Source: Alphaproteobacteria bacterium
GTDB lineage: Bacteria > Pseudomonadota > Alphaproteobacteria > UBA8366
Reading direction: 5' to 3'
DNA length: 64,000 nt
NCBI GenBank assembly: GCA_965228975.1
Contig: OZ245851.1
Span: 53,940-117,939 of the forward strand
In this document: piece by piece, positions 63,063 through 64,000 of the stretch
Position numbering within the stretch: the first letter of the stretch is position 1
How the letters are laid out: every line of letters begins with the position of its first letter
Made by a program: the position numbers and the translations under genes
Notes under the pieces: generated by a model
Database searches by the model: none
Seen by the model: only the letters and a program-made list of their open reading frames with translations
What the model was told of the DNA's origin: nothing

Positions 63063-64000
63063 GCCGCACTCCGGCGCAGATAGTTCAGTAGGTCGATGCG
63101 GGTGATCAGGCCGCTGAAGGTGTCGCCGTCCTTCACGATGGCCACGTGGCCATGATCGAAGATCGGCATCAGGTCCTGAATGTTGGCCGAGGCGTCGACG
63201 GTTTCCAGCCCCTTCGTCATTGCCGTCGAGGCCGGTTCGCCGAATTTCCCCTGGTCCTCGTAGACCGCCAGCAGGATATCGGACTCATGAATGATGCCGA
63301 CGATCTGGTCGTCTTCCATCACCGGCAGTTGCGACACATCGTTCAGTTTCATGCGCGAATAGACCGTCATCAACGTGTCGTTGGGACGCGCGGTGACGGT
63401 GCCGCCCTCCTCGAAAGGCCGCGATATCAAATCGCGCAGGTCACCATAGGTCTTTCGCTTCAGCAGGCCCTGGTCGAACATCCAGTAGTCGTTGAACGCC
63501 TTGGATAGATATTTATTGCCGCTGTCGCATACGAAGGTGACGACCCGTTTCGGCTCGGTCTGGTCGCGGCAGTAGCGGATGGCGGCGGCGATTAGGGTGC
63601 CGGAGGACGTCCCGGCGAGTATGCCGGTCTTCTCCAACACCTCGCGCGCGGTCTGGAAGCTTTCGGCGTCGTCCACGGTTATCGCGCGCTCGACCCGCGA
63701 CAGGTCGCAGACCGGCGGCACGAAGTCTTCGCCGATGCCTTCGACAAGCCAGCTTCCGACCTCGGTCTTGAGTTCGCCGGTGTCGACATAGTCGGCGAGG
63801 ATCGATCCCTTGGGGTCGGCCAGGATCATCTCGGTGTTCGGATTGACCTTCTCGAAGAAGCGACTGAGCCCGGTGATCGTTCCGCCCGATCCGACGCCGC
63901 AGATCACGGCGTCCACGTCGTGCTCCATCTGGGCCCAGATTTCCGGGCCTGTGCCGGTTTCATGCGCCAACGGGTTGGCCGGGTTCTCGAACTGGTTGAT
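63059..64000 (-). CDS. cystathionine beta-synthase (PLP domain plus CBS pair); N-terminus lies outside the window
   Basis: The frame stays open to the window edge (INQFENPANPLAHETGTGPEIW...GVGSGGTITG). The C-terminal CBS-domain pair is present (VSQLPVMEDDQIVGIIHESDIL). The track's start at 63970 is an internal TTG codon. Confidence 0.85.
   Translation of the reverse strand: MNQFENPANPLAHETGTGPEIWAQMEHDVDAVICGVGSGGTITGLSRFFEKVNPNTEMILADPKGSILADYVDTGELKTEVGSWLVEGIGEDFVPPVCDLSRVERAITVDDAESFQTAREVLEKTGILAGTSSGTLIAAAIRYCRDQTEPKRVVTFVCDSGNKYLSKAFNDYWMFDQGLLKRKTYGDLRDLISRPFEEGGTVTARPNDTLMTVYSRMKLNDVSQLPVMEDDQIVGIIHESDILLAVYEDQGKFGEPASTAMTKGLETVDASANIQDLMPIFDHGHVAIVKDGDTFSGLITRIDLLNYLRRSAA

Noticed and set aside
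1-64000. Search for mobile elements, prophage genes, CRISPR arrays, toxin-antitoxin pairs, and selenoprotein machinery (selA, selB, ybbB, tRNA-Sec, in-frame TGA with SECIS).
   Set aside because: None was recognised. No integrase, transposase or Cas-like translation, and no regularly spaced direct repeats, were seen. SelD here has Cys rather than a TGA codon at the active site, and neither tRNA-like gene has a UCA anticodon.

Overview
High-GC (about 64-65% judged by eye) chromosomal segment with alphaproteobacterium-like gene content. It is densely packed with about 58 protein genes and two tandem tRNA-like genes. I saw no integrase, transposase, phage genes or CRISPR array. The most notable content is a compact selenium small-molecule cluster at about 11.2-18.8 kb. 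It holds a PhnDCE-type ABC importer of the kind linked to selD, a fusion of an FAD/NAD(P) disulfide-oxidoreductase with selenophosphate synthetase SelD (SenC-like), a SenB-like selenosugar glycosyltransferase and a SenA-like (EgtB/OvoA-fold) C-Se bond-forming enzyme. This matches the selenoneine-type 'sen' pathway. No histidine methyltransferase and no regulator are present in the window. The rest is metabolic. There are acyl-CoA genes: two crotonases, a carboxyltransferase, two acyl-CoA dehydrogenases, and two ADP-forming acyl-CoA synthetases with permuted domain order. A peptide uptake and hydrolysis island (Dpp-like ABC, a PrpD-family protein, two tandem M20 dipeptidases, M81/MlrC-like, M48) spans 23.7-36.6 kb. 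There is a second M81 with a class-III aminotransferase and an orphan zinc-finger protein. Sulfur amino-acid genes are present: metZ with a structured leader, and CBS plus cystathionine gamma-lyase at the right edge. Also present are NhaA, an ABC exporter, a CitE-like lyase with a family-III CoA-transferase, and rfbB. Non-coding oddities are two non-canonical tRNA-like genes inside a roughly 1 kb gene-free zone, a GC-rich block of nested inverted repeats, an inverted REP-like hairpin pair, and a 5'-truncated TVP38/DedA-like remnant at an AT-rich junction. Many long ORFs in the track are antisense shadows of real genes and were rejected. All calls rest on reading the translations and hand-folding; no searches were run.
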